Shown piece by piece: positions 1-13,262 of a stretch of 49,670 bases of DNA. The stretch spans positions 1-49,670 of the forward strand of contig JAHLWZ010000088.1 in the NCBI GenBank assembly GCA_020536535.1, given 5' to 3'. The stretch is from Pelomyxa schiedti (Eukaryota > Protista > Evosea). Numbering within the stretch: position 1 is the stretch's first letter; every line of letters starts with the position of its first letter. The notes under the pieces were generated by a model, which made no database searches, was not told the origin of the DNA, and was given only the letters and a program-made list of their open reading frames with translations. A program made the translations under genes and the position numbers.

Positions 1-236
1 AAATGGGAGAGTACCGCTTGCTCCTCCTCACCACTGGCGGCATGGCCTCCCCTCGTCGATTTCTTTTGTGATAATGAAAAGACACAAGCCACTGAACAAT
101 CGCCAAAACCCATTTATGTCAAGGCCGCGCAGCCGCGGCGAGACCCGATTCAACGAACACACACACCGCGGCAACCGGCCCCGCGGCACAAAACATCGCC
201 ACATTCCGGCCACCAGCACCTTTGAAACGGGAAAAA

Positions 237-2085
237 TCACATTTTAGCTACCAGAACCAAAACAGCAGCAAAAATCAGGGATAGGACTATGGGAATCATC
301 AACCACTTGGGCATTGGGTCACGGGGTGCCCCAGGCCTCCTCTGCAAAAGCAGCCCTGCTCTAGGTGAGTACACCCAGGCAGTCCATTTCCAGCAAGCTG
401 CCGTGACAACAACAGCCATCAGCATGTCCACAGAGTAGTGGTGGTGTGTAAGAATGTCCCTCACAGAGGTCTGTGCAACAACAACCCACAGGATTCCAGT
501 GACAATCTGGGCCCAGGGCCGCGGTCCTGTGTAGAATGTGCCAAACATCAGAGGAGCCGATGCCCAGAACACACAATGGCCACTTATGATCAGGTCATTG
601 CACCCGCCACCGCCTCGGAGATGCGTTGATGCGGCAAGAATCATCTGCCATAGTGATGAACCATCCGGAGGTTGTTGGTTGATTGGGAACCGCTTGGTTA
701 TGCACTTGACACGGGGGTTTGGAAGTACTGTCACTAGGAACCCAATGGTGCGAACAATTCTGGTTGTTGTAAGAGTTGCAAAGAAGCGTGACATCATCCC
801 TAGGGCACTATAGGGTACCTTGAAGTATGTGAGACTGTTATCCTAACATTAGAGGTGGAGTGCCCACACCTGCGAAAAAAGTACACTAAAGGCAAGAGCG
901 AGAATGGCAAGTAGAAAGTGAGTGGCAGTCGCCCATGTATATTTGGAAATTAAATCCCCAAAAGCCCCAAATTTGGCAAAAAAATCAGGGAGCAATAAGG
1001 CCAAATTGTCTTGCAGGCCTTGGATTGTGAGATCGTACTTGGAGTGGTATGAGTAGCTCACAAACCAAATGAAGAAGTTTTCAATGAGCAGTTCAGAGCA
1101 AAGGGCAACCCACCACCAAAAAAACCGCTTGGCATATGGAAGCTCATCCCCCCATCTTTTGAAATACACCAGTTGGTAAAGTACAGCCAACATAGAACCA
1201 GCCAACACAATCTTTGAAATCCAGAAGGCAAATGTCTGCATGGTAGCAACATCACTTTCGTATTCACCACTAGTAAACACGCTCGGATTGAAGTAAGCAA
1301 TCACTCGAACCAGAATCTTCACCCAAGTTCCCATATCCAGAGGGCCCAATAAGAACATCACCACCAAAACTGCCACACCCAACTGCGGTCTACACCTCTC
1401 CTTTGCAGCCTATATCTATCATTACGTCTGCATAGACATCTATTAATTACGCAAACGCACAACAATGGAGGGAAGTTGGAAATGAGAGGCGATAAGCTTT
1501 TGGCAAATTTAAAGCCCAACGCCTTTGCCGAATTTAACATCAAACCAAACCAAACATAAACTGAAACAAAGAAGGAACCCAAAAACTAACCTCGGGGGGA
1601 GAATCGCCATGGCAATGGGGGCATAATCCCCCGAACTTTGTGGCAATAGTTGCCTGCGCCGCCGCTCGTGAGACGTGGTCCACAGGGCCCCGGTCGTCGT
1701 AGTCCTCGTTGTCGGGGTCGCCGGGAGCCTCGATGTCGCCCTCTCCCCCGGATTCGTCGTACTGCTGCCGCCTATGGCTCACGGCCCATCCCCCGCGGTG
1801 GTCCTGATTATGGGACTGTGCCCGCCCTGCCGACACCGCTTCCGCCACCGTTTCTGGAGCATTCGAATTCGAATTCGCAGTTGCACTCGTGTGACGTCTG
1901 CGCGGCGGAGGCGGGAGCACGCCGTTGAGGTCGTGGTCACCCCCGATTGTGGGAGGCGAGGCGCCCTCGCCACCAAGTGGCGGCGTGCCCAAGTTAGTAC
2001 TGTGATCTCTGGAGCGCGTGATTTGCCGATTGGGGCGGGAGCTGTCGTACGCGACGAAAACGAACCCGTCGTCTACCATGCTCAT
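237..2085 (-). CDS. Sphingomyelin synthase / IPC synthase family (PAP2_C) multi-pass membrane protein, multi-exon
   Basis: Last exon has CNDLIISGHC and HHYSVD, matching the SMS D3/D4 motifs (CGD..SGHT, HYTxD); hydrophobic helices in 849..1382; ATG at 2085 starts a hydrophilic, acidic N-terminus. Internal splice sites not all resolved. Confidence 0.85.
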
Positions 2086-2261
2086 TTTTTTTTGTGATTG
2101 TTTCACCGAAGGAATTTTCATCATTCGGCTGAATAAAATAATCAACAGACCGGAACGCTGTCCTAATTAATTTAATTAATTAGTAATTTTCGTTATCGTC
2201 GGTCAGTATCCGCGGTCTGGTGTTTTTTTTATTCCGCCATTCTACAGTCCCATGGCATTTG

Positions 2262-3904
2262 TTAATCCTGTGCACTTGTTTGGTTGTAGGTTTGTTGAAG
2301 AGCTCGAGCTTCCTTGATGAGTGTTGCTATGGGTGGATTGTCTCGCTGTGATAGTGGCAGTTGAAGCTGGTGCATGACTTGGTCCATGGAGAGCTCAAGT
2401 AAACCGGAAAAGTGTGACAAGTAGCTGGCAAACAGAAACGGGAATATGTCGGCGGAAGTTCCTCTAGAGGTGCGAATTAATTCGAAAGAAAGCAACCAAA
2501 ATGGGAATGAGTTACGCGCTTCCTGTGGCAATTATAAAGTCCCAGAGAGCAATTGAGTCCGGCAGGGAATATTCCCGGAGCAACAGGCATGTTGCCCAGC
2601 TAAATCCAAAGTGGTACATGGTCATACCCAGCCTTGAAAAATGTTCGGCAATGGGTTCTAGGAATGTGATCTAGTTATACAGAGGACATGCCAGACGTAC
2701 TGTTGGTTTTTGTGAGGATGTCATCAAGTTTGTTCAGCAACACTTCAGCATGAAGGGGTCGCGACTCTCCTGGAGGCTTTGGATGTATTATGTGTGACGT
2801 ATGCTATAAGATTGGAGGATACATAATACTTCTCCAAAAGTTTAGTTGTACAATAATATACATCGGCTTCAATTTCAATCATCGCTTCTGGGGATAGGGT
2901 GTTCACTTGGTCCATACGCCCTAAGTTTAAGTAAGCATTTCATTTCACTACTGTCCGCTTGCCAAGAAGGTACGAATGTAAAAATACTGCTATAAACATA
3001 GTGGGAATCTCATTAAGACTTTGAAGAAGTTAAGTCCAAGTTGGAATAGGTTAATTCAATCGTATACCCTTGAAAATATGATATTTTCGAATTGGTTGCT
3101 GCCCACAGGAATAATATTCTCTCCAATGCCAATTGGATTGAACGGATGTTGAATATATTATACAAACCAGTAGGATGCGTTCGAAGGACGTCCAGCTTTA
3201 TTTGCTGTAACATGACACACAGTGGGTCTTTACCACGGTCCCCACAAGCTTCTATTGGACTATACACTGTTTCTACCAGCCTGATATAATCTGCAGGCTT
3301 TGGAGTTGGATAAGGAACACGGCTGTAAGCGGAAAAATTAAAGTGCAGTCTTCAAGAGAACTGATAATCACCTATTTTTTGGCGGGATATACCCTAACAA
3401 TAGTTGCCACACTCGCGCACGTAGCAAGCAGGGTACACCTTGTGTGAGCAAATTTTGCAACGTGACTATACAGATTTGTGGAAACATCAGAAAATGGCCA
3501 AGAGTTTCAATTAAATGCACACCCAAGTCACATTCTGGCTTCATAAGCTCACAGGTGTATAGCCTCTGAAGCCTCATCAATTGCGCAAATTCAGCGTTTC
3601 GCCTGTCCCTATTGGCCTTCGTCGCCCCCTGCAGTTGCACTGCGTCGGCCGACGACGACGTGCAACTGCCGCCGTCGGCGCCGAACCGCCGCGCGTCGCA
3701 ACAGCACAACCTCTTGCACAATTCGTCGTCACCACCGGCACCCGGATTCATGAGCATGTCGTAGCCGGACCCGGATTGTGGGACAGCCGACGAGGAAGTC
3801 CTCGACGCGCTGATGTTGACTGAGCCCCCACCCTTAGAGTTAGTAGATGACGGCGACATCATGGACGTGAGTGCCTGTTTCCACACATTCCCGACGTTGG
3901 TCAT
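2262..3904 (-). CDS. TBC-domain Rab GTPase-activating protein (TBC1D22/Gyp1-like), multi-exon
   Basis: GVPCLLRARVWQLLLGYIP, IKLDVLRT (Arg finger IxxDxxR), LERILFLWA and YFQG (Gln finger); probable ATG at 3904 (MTNVGNVW). Confidence 0.85.
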
Positions 3905-4139
3905 TGATGGCCTTGTTTTTTTTTTTTCCTTTGTAAGGTTTTTCGCGAGCTTCCGTCTGATCGCCCCTTTGATGTTTCGGGGAACTTGAACTAGTTTTGG
4001 GCTCCCTTCTGTTTCGGCTTTCGGTGACTTGACGCATTCCGCTGCACGTCGTTGAAACTGATCTCCTGGTTTTGGGGAACAGCCAGAGGAGAGAACAGAA
4101 AACAAAAAAAAGAAAAAAGAAAAAAAAAGAGAAGCACCA

Positions 4140-6708
4140 ATGGGCGGTGGGAGACTGTGGTGTGTGGCCATTTTGATTTCCGCCGTCGTGGCGGCTGTGG
4201 CGGCTGACAAATGCACTTTTTCTACTGGAGCCATTGTTCCTTTCGATGATGCACTTTCCTGCATACGAGGGGTATTGACCCGCGCCTTTTTTTTCTTTTT
4301 TTTTTTTTTAAGGCGTGCTTCTGAAATCTTCTTCTTCTTCTTTTAGGTTCCTTTTGACCAGGACATTTTCGTTGAGACCCTGGATACTGTGGAGAAGTCT
4401 GTTCCTCTATATGTGTTTGTTGGTATAGGGTCTTCCTTGGAGTGTGATACCATTTTAACGTACCTTTAGATATTGCTCAGGATTCTCCTGACCCCGTCAA
4501 TTACCCTTCTCAAGTCAATCTCTATAACTCTGTGGAATCCATACGAGAGAAAACGTTTGCGTGCGATTACGATTTTCAGCGGGCTGTACAGGACATGTTT
4601 AGGCCACTTCATGATGGGCATACTCTTTATTATATGCCGTCTTGTTATACAAACTTCAAACCACTTCAACCACTGGTAGGTTTGCTATCTTCAATTTGTG
4701 TTGATGTTTTTCCGCAAAGTTATTGGTATCCTATGTGGAGAATAATGAAGTCAAAATTGGGATATCTGGCTTAGTGGCTGGCATGGCTGATGCTTACTCT
4801 GATATCTTTAATATTCAACTTGATGAGCTGGTCTTAAAAATTCTCCAACACAACTCCATAACCAAATTCCAGGTTGGAGGTGTTGTACTGTCCATCAATA
4901 AAACCAATGCTGTAGATTATATATTCCAGTTTGCAAATACTTCTGTTGGGTCAGCTAAGGATGTCAACATCCGTTACAATATCGCACTTACCCGCTACTT
5001 AAAGTATCTCTTACTTACCTTTCCTCTCTTAACTTTTTTTTAGCACGTCGGCCTACACATTAGGAAGTTTTACTTCTAGAACATCTTCTCCTGCCCCCGT
5101 GGTACATTTGCACCATCCCAATGCTCCATATCCTTATCTTTTCAGATGGGAGAAACAGTTGAATATGTTATTCAAACTGGAGCATCAACAAAAACGATTT
5201 ACATGCCGTGGGTGGCCAGTGTGATTGATGCCGTAGATTCTTTTGAGGCCTTCTCAACTTGGTGTTTCAGTCCCGCTGCTTCACCATCTGCAGGTAGATT
5301 TTATTTGTTACTTTTCAATCATACGTTAACACCTTGAAGAGAGAGTCCGCCAAATTGAGAAACAGGAGGTGTACCATACATCTCCACACCCAAGTGAAGC
5401 AACTACAGGATTTACTATTACCCCTCTTCATATTGGCCAAGTATCATTCTACCAAATTGCTCCGAGCACGGGTATGTCATTCTAAGAGCTACATTAGAGT
5501 TCTTATAGCCATTCCTTTCAGCTGTAATGGTGATTCCTACCTTTGAGCCATCCAATTACGTTCAGTTCGGGAAAGATCTTGAGATAGGCCTGGAATTGCT
5601 TGTCACACAAAACTTACACCGTTTAATTGTCGATGTATCCAACAATGGTGGTGGGGACTTATGCTTGGGCTATACAGTAGTTGAAATGCTCTTTGCGGAG
5701 TTCTCACCTTATGGTACATTATTACTTTATTCCCTACAATGTATTCTTACTTTCCACAGGAGCTAATGACAGTACATTCCCCGTACCCCCTTTCCTTTTT
5801 TCTTCTCCTTATCATTTCAAGTGAACCACAGTCCCCTGGCCATAACACTTGCTGAGAAGGCTGTAGAACTTGGCATTACTGATACATATTGGTCACCTCA
5901 AAAGTGGATCGATTACTACACAAATGAGACTTTCCCGCCTACAGTTGATTGGTTTATCCCCGGCATTCCTCACGTGAGAGGTGGAATTCCAGGAAATTAC
6001 TCTCAACTTTTCCGAGATGGATGTGACATTTACTTTAAGCTTTTGCCAGTGAGTAAACCGGTCTTAGAGCCTTATTACTTAATTCCAATGCACAGCAACC
6101 AGCTGGCATACACTACAAACCGTCACAGTTACGTATACTTTCAAACGGATATTGTGGCTCAACATGCTCAGTATTTTCCAGACACATGCAGGAATTTGTA
6201 TGTTTGCTTTGTTGAAGACTTGCAATGACTTTAAAAAGGATGGTGTAAAAACTGTTGCTGTTGGTGGTCTCCCCTCTATGGTCCTTAGTGTCTCGTAGGC
6301 ATTTCCGTTTTCTCTTCCTTGAGACTCACAAATGACAGAGCCACCCCTGGTGGGCAAGTAGTGGAAGTAAGTGAAATTGTAGGAATGATAGAGGAATTGG
6401 GTGAAGACAAAAACCCTCTTTCCCCTCAAAACTTCCCTACCACCGCCGTAATGAGTAAGTTTTGGCTTGTACACATTTAAACTTGCCCCACTTTTCCACT
6501 AGGGTTCACACTGAGAGAAATTTATCCCTTCAACCCGTTTACAACAGAAGTACCATTGGAATTTTACTATGAAGAAGCAGACTACCATATTTCTTGTAAC
6601 CTCCATCTTGCTTCTTTCACAGTTTCCTAAAACCAAATAGATAACCTTGAAAGTGCCTCTAACCCGGCACTTGTGTGGAAAGATGCACTCAAGACCTTTT
6701 TTAACTGA
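4140..6708 (+). CDS. Secreted peptidase S41-family protein (fungal/amoebal type), multi-exon
   Basis: Signal peptide (LWCVAILISAVVAAVAA); IVDVSNNGGG; GYCGSTCSVF at ~6145-6175; GVKTVAVGG; C-terminal LREIY..PLEFYYEEAD..NPALVWKDA; TGA at 6706-6708. Confidence 0.75.
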
Positions 6709-6769
6709 GGAATCCAAAAATAATAGTTTTTTTTTTACATTTTCTGTCTTTGGGGAAGTGTCCACAACC

Positions 6770-7903
6770 TCAAGTCTTTTTTGGGAGCTTGTCCATTGCC
6801 TCAGCAGCAACACTCACAATATGTTTGAACCTAAAGTAAATATAAGTTACCTTTGCCAAAGGATTCCTTGTGCTTTGGATTATACCTTGCAGGTCCCAGA
6901 TGAATCCCACCATACCAACGGGTGACCATAACAACTATATCAGTCTCCTTTCGTTGGTCCAATAACCAAATGAGCTTGTTGCTGGCTCCTGTTTCACCAT
7001 CATCATTTCCCTGAATGTCCTACAAAAGGGTACAGAGTGAACTAACGATTGATGCTTTTTCAGGGATAGAATCTTCCTACATACAAGTTGTCCATTGGGA
7101 AGCAAAACGCGGTGAGCTACTACATTGTGAGTAGCAGTTGCAATTGACTTATCACTCTTCAACACTTGAATGAATTCTTGTACTTGACTGGAATCTGATA
7201 TTCGTGCAGCATGTGCTATGAATTTGCCTAGACTCACAAACTAAGTCGAGATTCTGTATACAAACATAGGTTTCAAACACATCACAGACAGACTAGTATT
7301 ATATGGAGGAGGGATAGACATACTCTTGCGATCTAAAATAGGTTCACTGTGAACGATAGCCATATCAGTGAGAGGAATTGGAGATGGTGTAACCTCTGGT
7401 GTGGTACTTTCTTCACACTGGAGGAAAGCATTTTCTTGAAGCCTGAAGAGAGTTTTAAAAAAAAAAAGTCTGTCTGCGAGTTATTGAGTTATATTTCGAA
7501 CAAGAGCCACTCACCACTGTGCCCAATTGAAAATGGTGTTCTCACCAGGTACGAATTGACTCACCAGTGTATCACTTAGAGCTTTTATCTGAGGTGCAGT
7601 GTGTGAACTGGACCGAATAGAAAACACAGGAGGCTCTATTTACTTCTATATTAGAAAAGCATAAAAACCCTTCTTCCCACAGCAAAGTCACTGCACTTGT
7701 GAGAACGTTCACTGTGACATGAGAGGTTAATAACATTTACCATTTGGATATGATTCTGGAAAGTGGAAATGCAACACGAGCTCACGCCGTCCGCGCTCGA
7801 TTTTGATGTTTTGTGATCCAGTGTGGTCCTGGAAGAAATCTTTGCCATAGATTGCCTGCAGCGCTTCGATTTCGCTCGTCACCGCCGCAGATGTTGCCGA
7901 CAT
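6770..7903 (-). CDS. IMPACT: Protein IMPACT/Yih1 (RWD domain + UPF0029 domain)
   Basis: ATG 7903 gives MSATSAAVTSEIEALQAIYG..FPESYP (RWD); then SKFIAHAA..ATHNVVAHR..DDGETGA..VTRWYGGIHLGPARFKHI; TGA at 6770-6772. Confidence 0.9.
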
Positions 7904-7989
7904 TTAATTAAATCGACGATTATGTTTTGAAAAGCTCCAATCAAATATCTTTTTTGTTTGGCATTGGCGCGACTGAAGGCGAACTGTAA

Positions 7990-10959
7990 TCACATTACGA
8001 GGCACTTGGACTTGTTTTGAAGAGCAGTGTTGCAGGTGATGGGAAGATACTGGCAAATTAAGCACAGAAAGCAGTGAGAACAATGAAAGGGTTTGGTTGC
8101 ATTGAGTTACCTTGAGCCGAGCAAGTTCTAAAACTAGAGCTATGAAGGCTTCCTCTATGTTGGTCCTGTAACCATTATGAGCTTCAAAAATATATGTACT
8201 GTTCTGGCCTTTTCTTTGCTGATAATTCAAGGTATGGGCACCCAAATTTCATGGCGAGAGCTATTCCATCTGCTGCAGATATAATCCGGGAGTCAACCAA
8301 GTCACACTTTAGGGGTGCCGTTACATTGGTATAGAAACTACAAGGAGAATGAATGCAAACTAGCCTTATTCGCGCAGATCACAACTCCGGGCCAGCCTGC
8401 TCCATAAGTAGCGGTTCTGGAGGAAGAAAGATCACGAAGGATATTTGCGGCCTCCTTGAACGATGCCGCATCCGTGACGGAGTAAACAACAAGGTATCCT
8501 TCCATCCTTTCCAGCCATTGTTGACACCACGGTGCACTGCCACTGTATCATTATCAGTGATCTTCGTATGTGACAGGAACTATGCGGGATTGGGCATACT
8601 CATGAATATCAGTTCCTGTGTCCAGTACATCTAACCTTTTCCTTGTTAAGATAATGTGGTGAGGAGAGTTGGTCTTACATAACAGTTGAGCCAAAGAGGC
8701 ACCATTGCTTGCGATAGCTGTCTGTTATAGTCGGGTCGTACTCATCTATCCTGTTAATGGAACTAAGCTAAGGTCCTCTTAGGTGTGATAATACATATGA
8801 TTGCAAACGAGTTGAATAGTAATTGCCGACTGTACTCATGTTAAAAATAACAAGAAGAGGTGAAAACAAGGAAACCTTTCCAACATTCACGTAGCCTGTA
8901 ACTCGTGAAATAGTGTTATTAGAGAAAAAATATGATACCAAGAAGTGCAAGTCTAATGCAATCTCTCTTTATAACCTTCTCCTCAGCTAATTTCCTCATC
9001 AGCTCTTTCTTGTGTCTGTGGCGACCTTCGCAGTAAAAGGAACTGGAACGTCTGATCTGATAATAAAGCTCGCGAGAGAAAGATTCTTCAAGCAGCAGAG
9101 TTGATAGTAAAGAGTGATTTTCAGGGAAGTGGAGGGAGAGATGTTTTCTCTTGTGGACCATAACATTAGGAGATGTGTGCAGAGAAATAAAGGGATACAA
9201 GTAGAGAAACTAGATGATATCGCCAAAGACTGGGATCTGAGCCAAGTTTTTGGAATCGCCGGGAAACGCGGCACACTTTTCCAAGGTCTATCTCCCTTTT
9301 AGGGATGAAAGGGTATTTGTGTAATCACACAACACACGTGAGCAAAGAAAAAATTGTTACAACAACGTCATCTGGTAGATCAGAAAAGGAATCAGCGGTA
9401 GTTTGAGAGAACCTTGGGCCATATCCAGGGGATACAAAAATAAGTTCACTTGAAGTACCGCGGGTGCCAATGCCTCCAAATAAACAAATACCATGCTGGC
9501 ATTCTACAGAAGTAGAAAAGTATAGTGCTGGAATTGGGTCTTGCATGGACGCAACCCCCCAGGAATTTAAACGAGGTTGGAAGTACCATACATCGTTTGA
9601 AATACCTGTCTTCGAGAAAATTAGATGAAGATAGCAGGTACATTTAGATACCTTCATTTTACCACCAAAGAAGGCAATAGTGCCTTCGAAAGAAATACAG
9701 GTAGTGCCCCGCAGAAGCCCCAAAGCAGGAGGAGATTGCATATTGCTCCAGCAATTACTTTCCAAGTCAAGACAAGAGAATGTGTTGGCATTGGTACTTG
9801 TTTGAGATCCTACTTAGCATTACAATTTGGTAAAAAGCTGAAGAACACACCAAAAAATACAAACACTCGAGACTCTAACCTTGCTGCACAATGAAACATT
9901 TGTGGTGGGGGTGTCAACTGTGGTGATTTTATGCCAAATCCTTTCATTGAAAACGAAGCTATATCTAAGACCCTTTACAAATGGAAGGTAATTTTAGTAA
10001 GTGCCCTACAAATCTGATGTGGGGCCTGCAGCGGTATTCCCTCCAAATATAAACATGCTTTCCTTCACAATGTATTACTTACAATCCCCAAGCCTTTGCG
10101 CGCTATACTTTATACACACAAGCTGAATGACCCCAGCTAGGCGGCGGGGAGGCCCCAGAGTACTCAACTTGGCTCCAACGGGTCCTTTGGTTGTAACACC
10201 ATAGCTCGTTTGTCAACCCTTTAGATTCACCAAGATCACCACCAAACATGTATACATCCCCCAGGTAAGTAACGCTGCTGGAGTGCATTCGGCCTGAAGG
10301 AAACTGTTGTCTCTTGGAAGCAGGGTGAATCTGTGTGTCATATAACTTAGTTCAGCATAACACAGGTATCAGGAAAAACTCAAAGAACTTTTTTCCAAGT
10401 CCCAGAGGAGAAGCTGAACTCCAGGGTATCAGATAGAACCCCGCTGTCTCCATTGCCCCCAAAAACCAACAGATTTCCTCCCACAGTAACACCTGCAACC
10501 TGTCATAAAGCCAAACGCACCGTGAAAAATTCACTCATCACAACCCGTTGTATGACGTAGTGGTGGGTTGTTTGAAACAATAATAACATTCCCCCCTGCC
10601 CCCCTTCTCCCACAATAACATCACCGAAACACAAAAGGCGAAGCGGCAACTAACGTGGGAGTTTCTGGGGCACGGCCACAGCGCCGCCTCTGCGTGCCTC
10701 ACGATCTCCCACTGTCCCTTGAGTCTCACTGTGCCATCCGACCCACCGGGTGCTGAGTTGGAGGTAGTTGTGTGTCTACAAGACATTCCAACCCAACCAA
10801 CAACGCTCCTCCGCGTCTAAAACCAACTTTTCCTGAGGAAAGACTGAGAACAAGTTGGTTTTGATCACGGAGGAGGGTCGAACCCACTTCGCCAAATTTC
10901 TTTTCGGTCACATTTCTTAATCTTTCAATCAGCTCTGGTCTGTGGCCCTCTGATGGCAT
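7990..10959 (-). CDS. Kelch-repeat / F-box / Ras-GTPase fusion protein with C-terminal CAAX (CLVM)
   Basis: Kelch blades (WPCPRNSH, VYMFGG..NELWCY, PPPSWGHSACVY, CLFGG); F-box FSDLPDDVVVTIFSLLTEIDLGKVCRVSRRFQKLGSDPSLWR; Ras [47 protein letters not shown]..KCLVM*. Domain junctions use phase-compatible introns. The 5' start is tentative. Confidence 0.75.
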
Positions 10960-11118
10960 TTGCAGCCAATCTCTAATGTCTGCACAGTGAACTTTTTTTG
11001 TTCTGAGGTCACATGGACCCCAGAAGGAAGAAAATAATTAAGGAATCTCCACTTTTTTTTTTTGCGAACTTTGAAAGTAGAAAACTTTGTTTTGGGGCTT
11101 AGACGTAGCGTGGCTTTC

Positions 11119-12950
11119 TCAAAACAGCAAGGCGCGTACGACCTTGTAAAGGAGGAACAGCAGGAAGGTGACTATGACCAACTCGGGTGCGAAAAAGCCA
11201 AACCAGTTATAGACCGTACGCGGAGTGATTTCGCGAACACCCGGAGTATACGGCTGACGGCTGGACAACATTGAGATCCACCCGTAATCGACGGCCATGT
11301 GGAGGTTGCCACCGAGAACGTAGCTCCATTGGGGAATTGGGATTTTCCAGCGGGCACCTGTGACGGGCTTGCCAACTGCATTTCAAATGTGAGTGTTGGG
11401 TTGGAAGTGGAGGATGGGCTGTTGCCCTACCGATCATATCAGACACGGCTTGGAGAATCTGACGCTGAAAAATAGGGGCCACTGGATGGTGAGGAACTAG
11501 GGGGCCACTGGCGTAGCCTAAACACCAGAGTTAGAGGCTGAGTGAAGCTATATTTGTTGGAATAGAGTGTGGTGTGCCAGTACCTGTCCAAATGGCATTA
11601 AGTGACTTTGTCCACAGTTTCACTTGACCAATGGCCGCCAGCCCAATTTCTGGATCATACAACGCAAAGTGAGAAAGTGCAAAAACTTTCAAATCTGGCC
11701 GTGGTCCATTGGCGGAAATTTCGTCCATGATTGCCAGTACAAGGCTGGAACAGGAATAAGCAAAGCAAATTCAGAAAAGGTGTTAAAACTTACCCAGGGC
11801 AAGAAAAAAAGTAAATAGGAAAGATGAGTATGATTGTGTCAACTGATTTAGTTGCCACTGCAACTTTAGCAGGATCATTTCCAGTTATAAGATCCACATG
11901 AACATCAGAATGGTTTTTCTGTAAAAACTCTGCCACCTGTTGTGACACCACTGAAGTCAAACCTTTCATATTTCTGCTGGCTGCTATAATCAAAACCCTG
12001 GTGCAACTTAATTATTGCCCAACAGGAGAGTATACCTCTGAGAGTGCTCTGAAGGAGATGGAACATAGGTATCAGCTAACTCCCTTATAAGAGGCACTAA
12101 AGGAGCATCTGCCACTCCCTGTTTGAGTGTATCACACACTTGTACTATTTCTCTCTCAATCTGAGCCGAATTCCAGGTTGTAGAGATAAAAACTGGAATA
12201 CAACCCAGTGGAAAATGATTCCCAAAGACTTTAATAGCACATTCAAATACTTTCTTTTCTTCTTCACTGTATTTGTGAGAATTGAATGACAGAACAACGA
12301 AAATGAAAGGCTTACATAACATCTGGGGGAGCAAAAACAATTGGTAGTAGTCCTCTTTTCTTGTAAGAACGCAGTGGGTGAAAAGTTAAACCATTCTTGG
12401 CGACAATAGAGGGGTGAAGAGTTGCGAGTAATCTATCTAAGCACTATAGGAGATTAGTAACAACTCTTGTTGTAAGAGGGTGACCAGGAGGATAGGAGAG
12501 GCTTAACTTTCGAACATACCTTCTTAGTAAATTGATTTAGAGAACCATGCACCAAAGGCGAAAGTAGAACAAGAATATCTGACTGAGCTTCCTTCACATA
12601 TACGTCTTGCATGCAGTCTCTAAATATCTCCATTAAGGTACAAACAGAAATAAACCAGACCAACTTTATGGCACAACGACCAGAGCTGAAGCAGGTCTGG
12701 CAAGAAGCGCACCAGGTGATCTTTTTTGCGTTAGACACGCAAGACAACAAAAAAATGAAGTAACGGAACCCACAGGTGCTTTGGCAGTTTGAAAGCGGTC
12801 TATTATGTTGTAGCAGTGACTTAAAGAAGAAACCACCGACTCAGCAATGCTGACTTCTGCCTCCGTTTTCCCACACCCTGTTTACACGATAAACGAACCT
12901 CATATGGAACGTGGGCAACAAACCATCAACCACGAAAGCTGTTTGCATTT
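11119..12950 (-). CDS. Hypothetical multi-exon protein with C-terminal transmembrane anchor
   Basis: Several exon-like ORFs bounded by GT/AG (12454..12750, 12008..12340, 11790..11993, 11531..11728); last exon ends APELVIVTFLLFLLYKVVRALLF* at 11119. No family recognised; start unresolved. Confidence 0.4.
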
Positions 12951-13262
12951 GTACGGCGTCGTCCTGATAGACCCAACAACAAGAGAAAGAACACAATGAA
13001 TTATGATAAATAATAATCTTGAGATTGAATTTCCTCTCATGTACATATCAGACGAAACACAAATCCACCTCCTGACACTTTTCCTTTTTAAGCAATTGCA
13101 AATTGTGGGAAGAATTGTTGTTTCTTCCGTAAATTCAGGTCCTACGGGAAAAAATTTTTTTTGTGAACAGCCTCTTCACAACAATTGATTGGCTCAATCT
13201 AGATCAAAACAATCCAATCCTGCGAACAAACACCCACCATCCCAAAAAGTCACCTCCAGAGG

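Noticed and set aside
1650-2097. Long plus-strand ORFs opposite the SMS first exon (similar cases at 19332..20370, 29852..30456, 24996..25667)
   Set aside because: Shadow ORFs of GC-rich or low-complexity real exons.
3368-4264. 298-aa TBC ORF starting at 4264
   Set aside because: Its 5' part is antisense to the S41 signal-peptide exon and poly-A/T intergenic DNA; the ATG at 3904 is more plausible.
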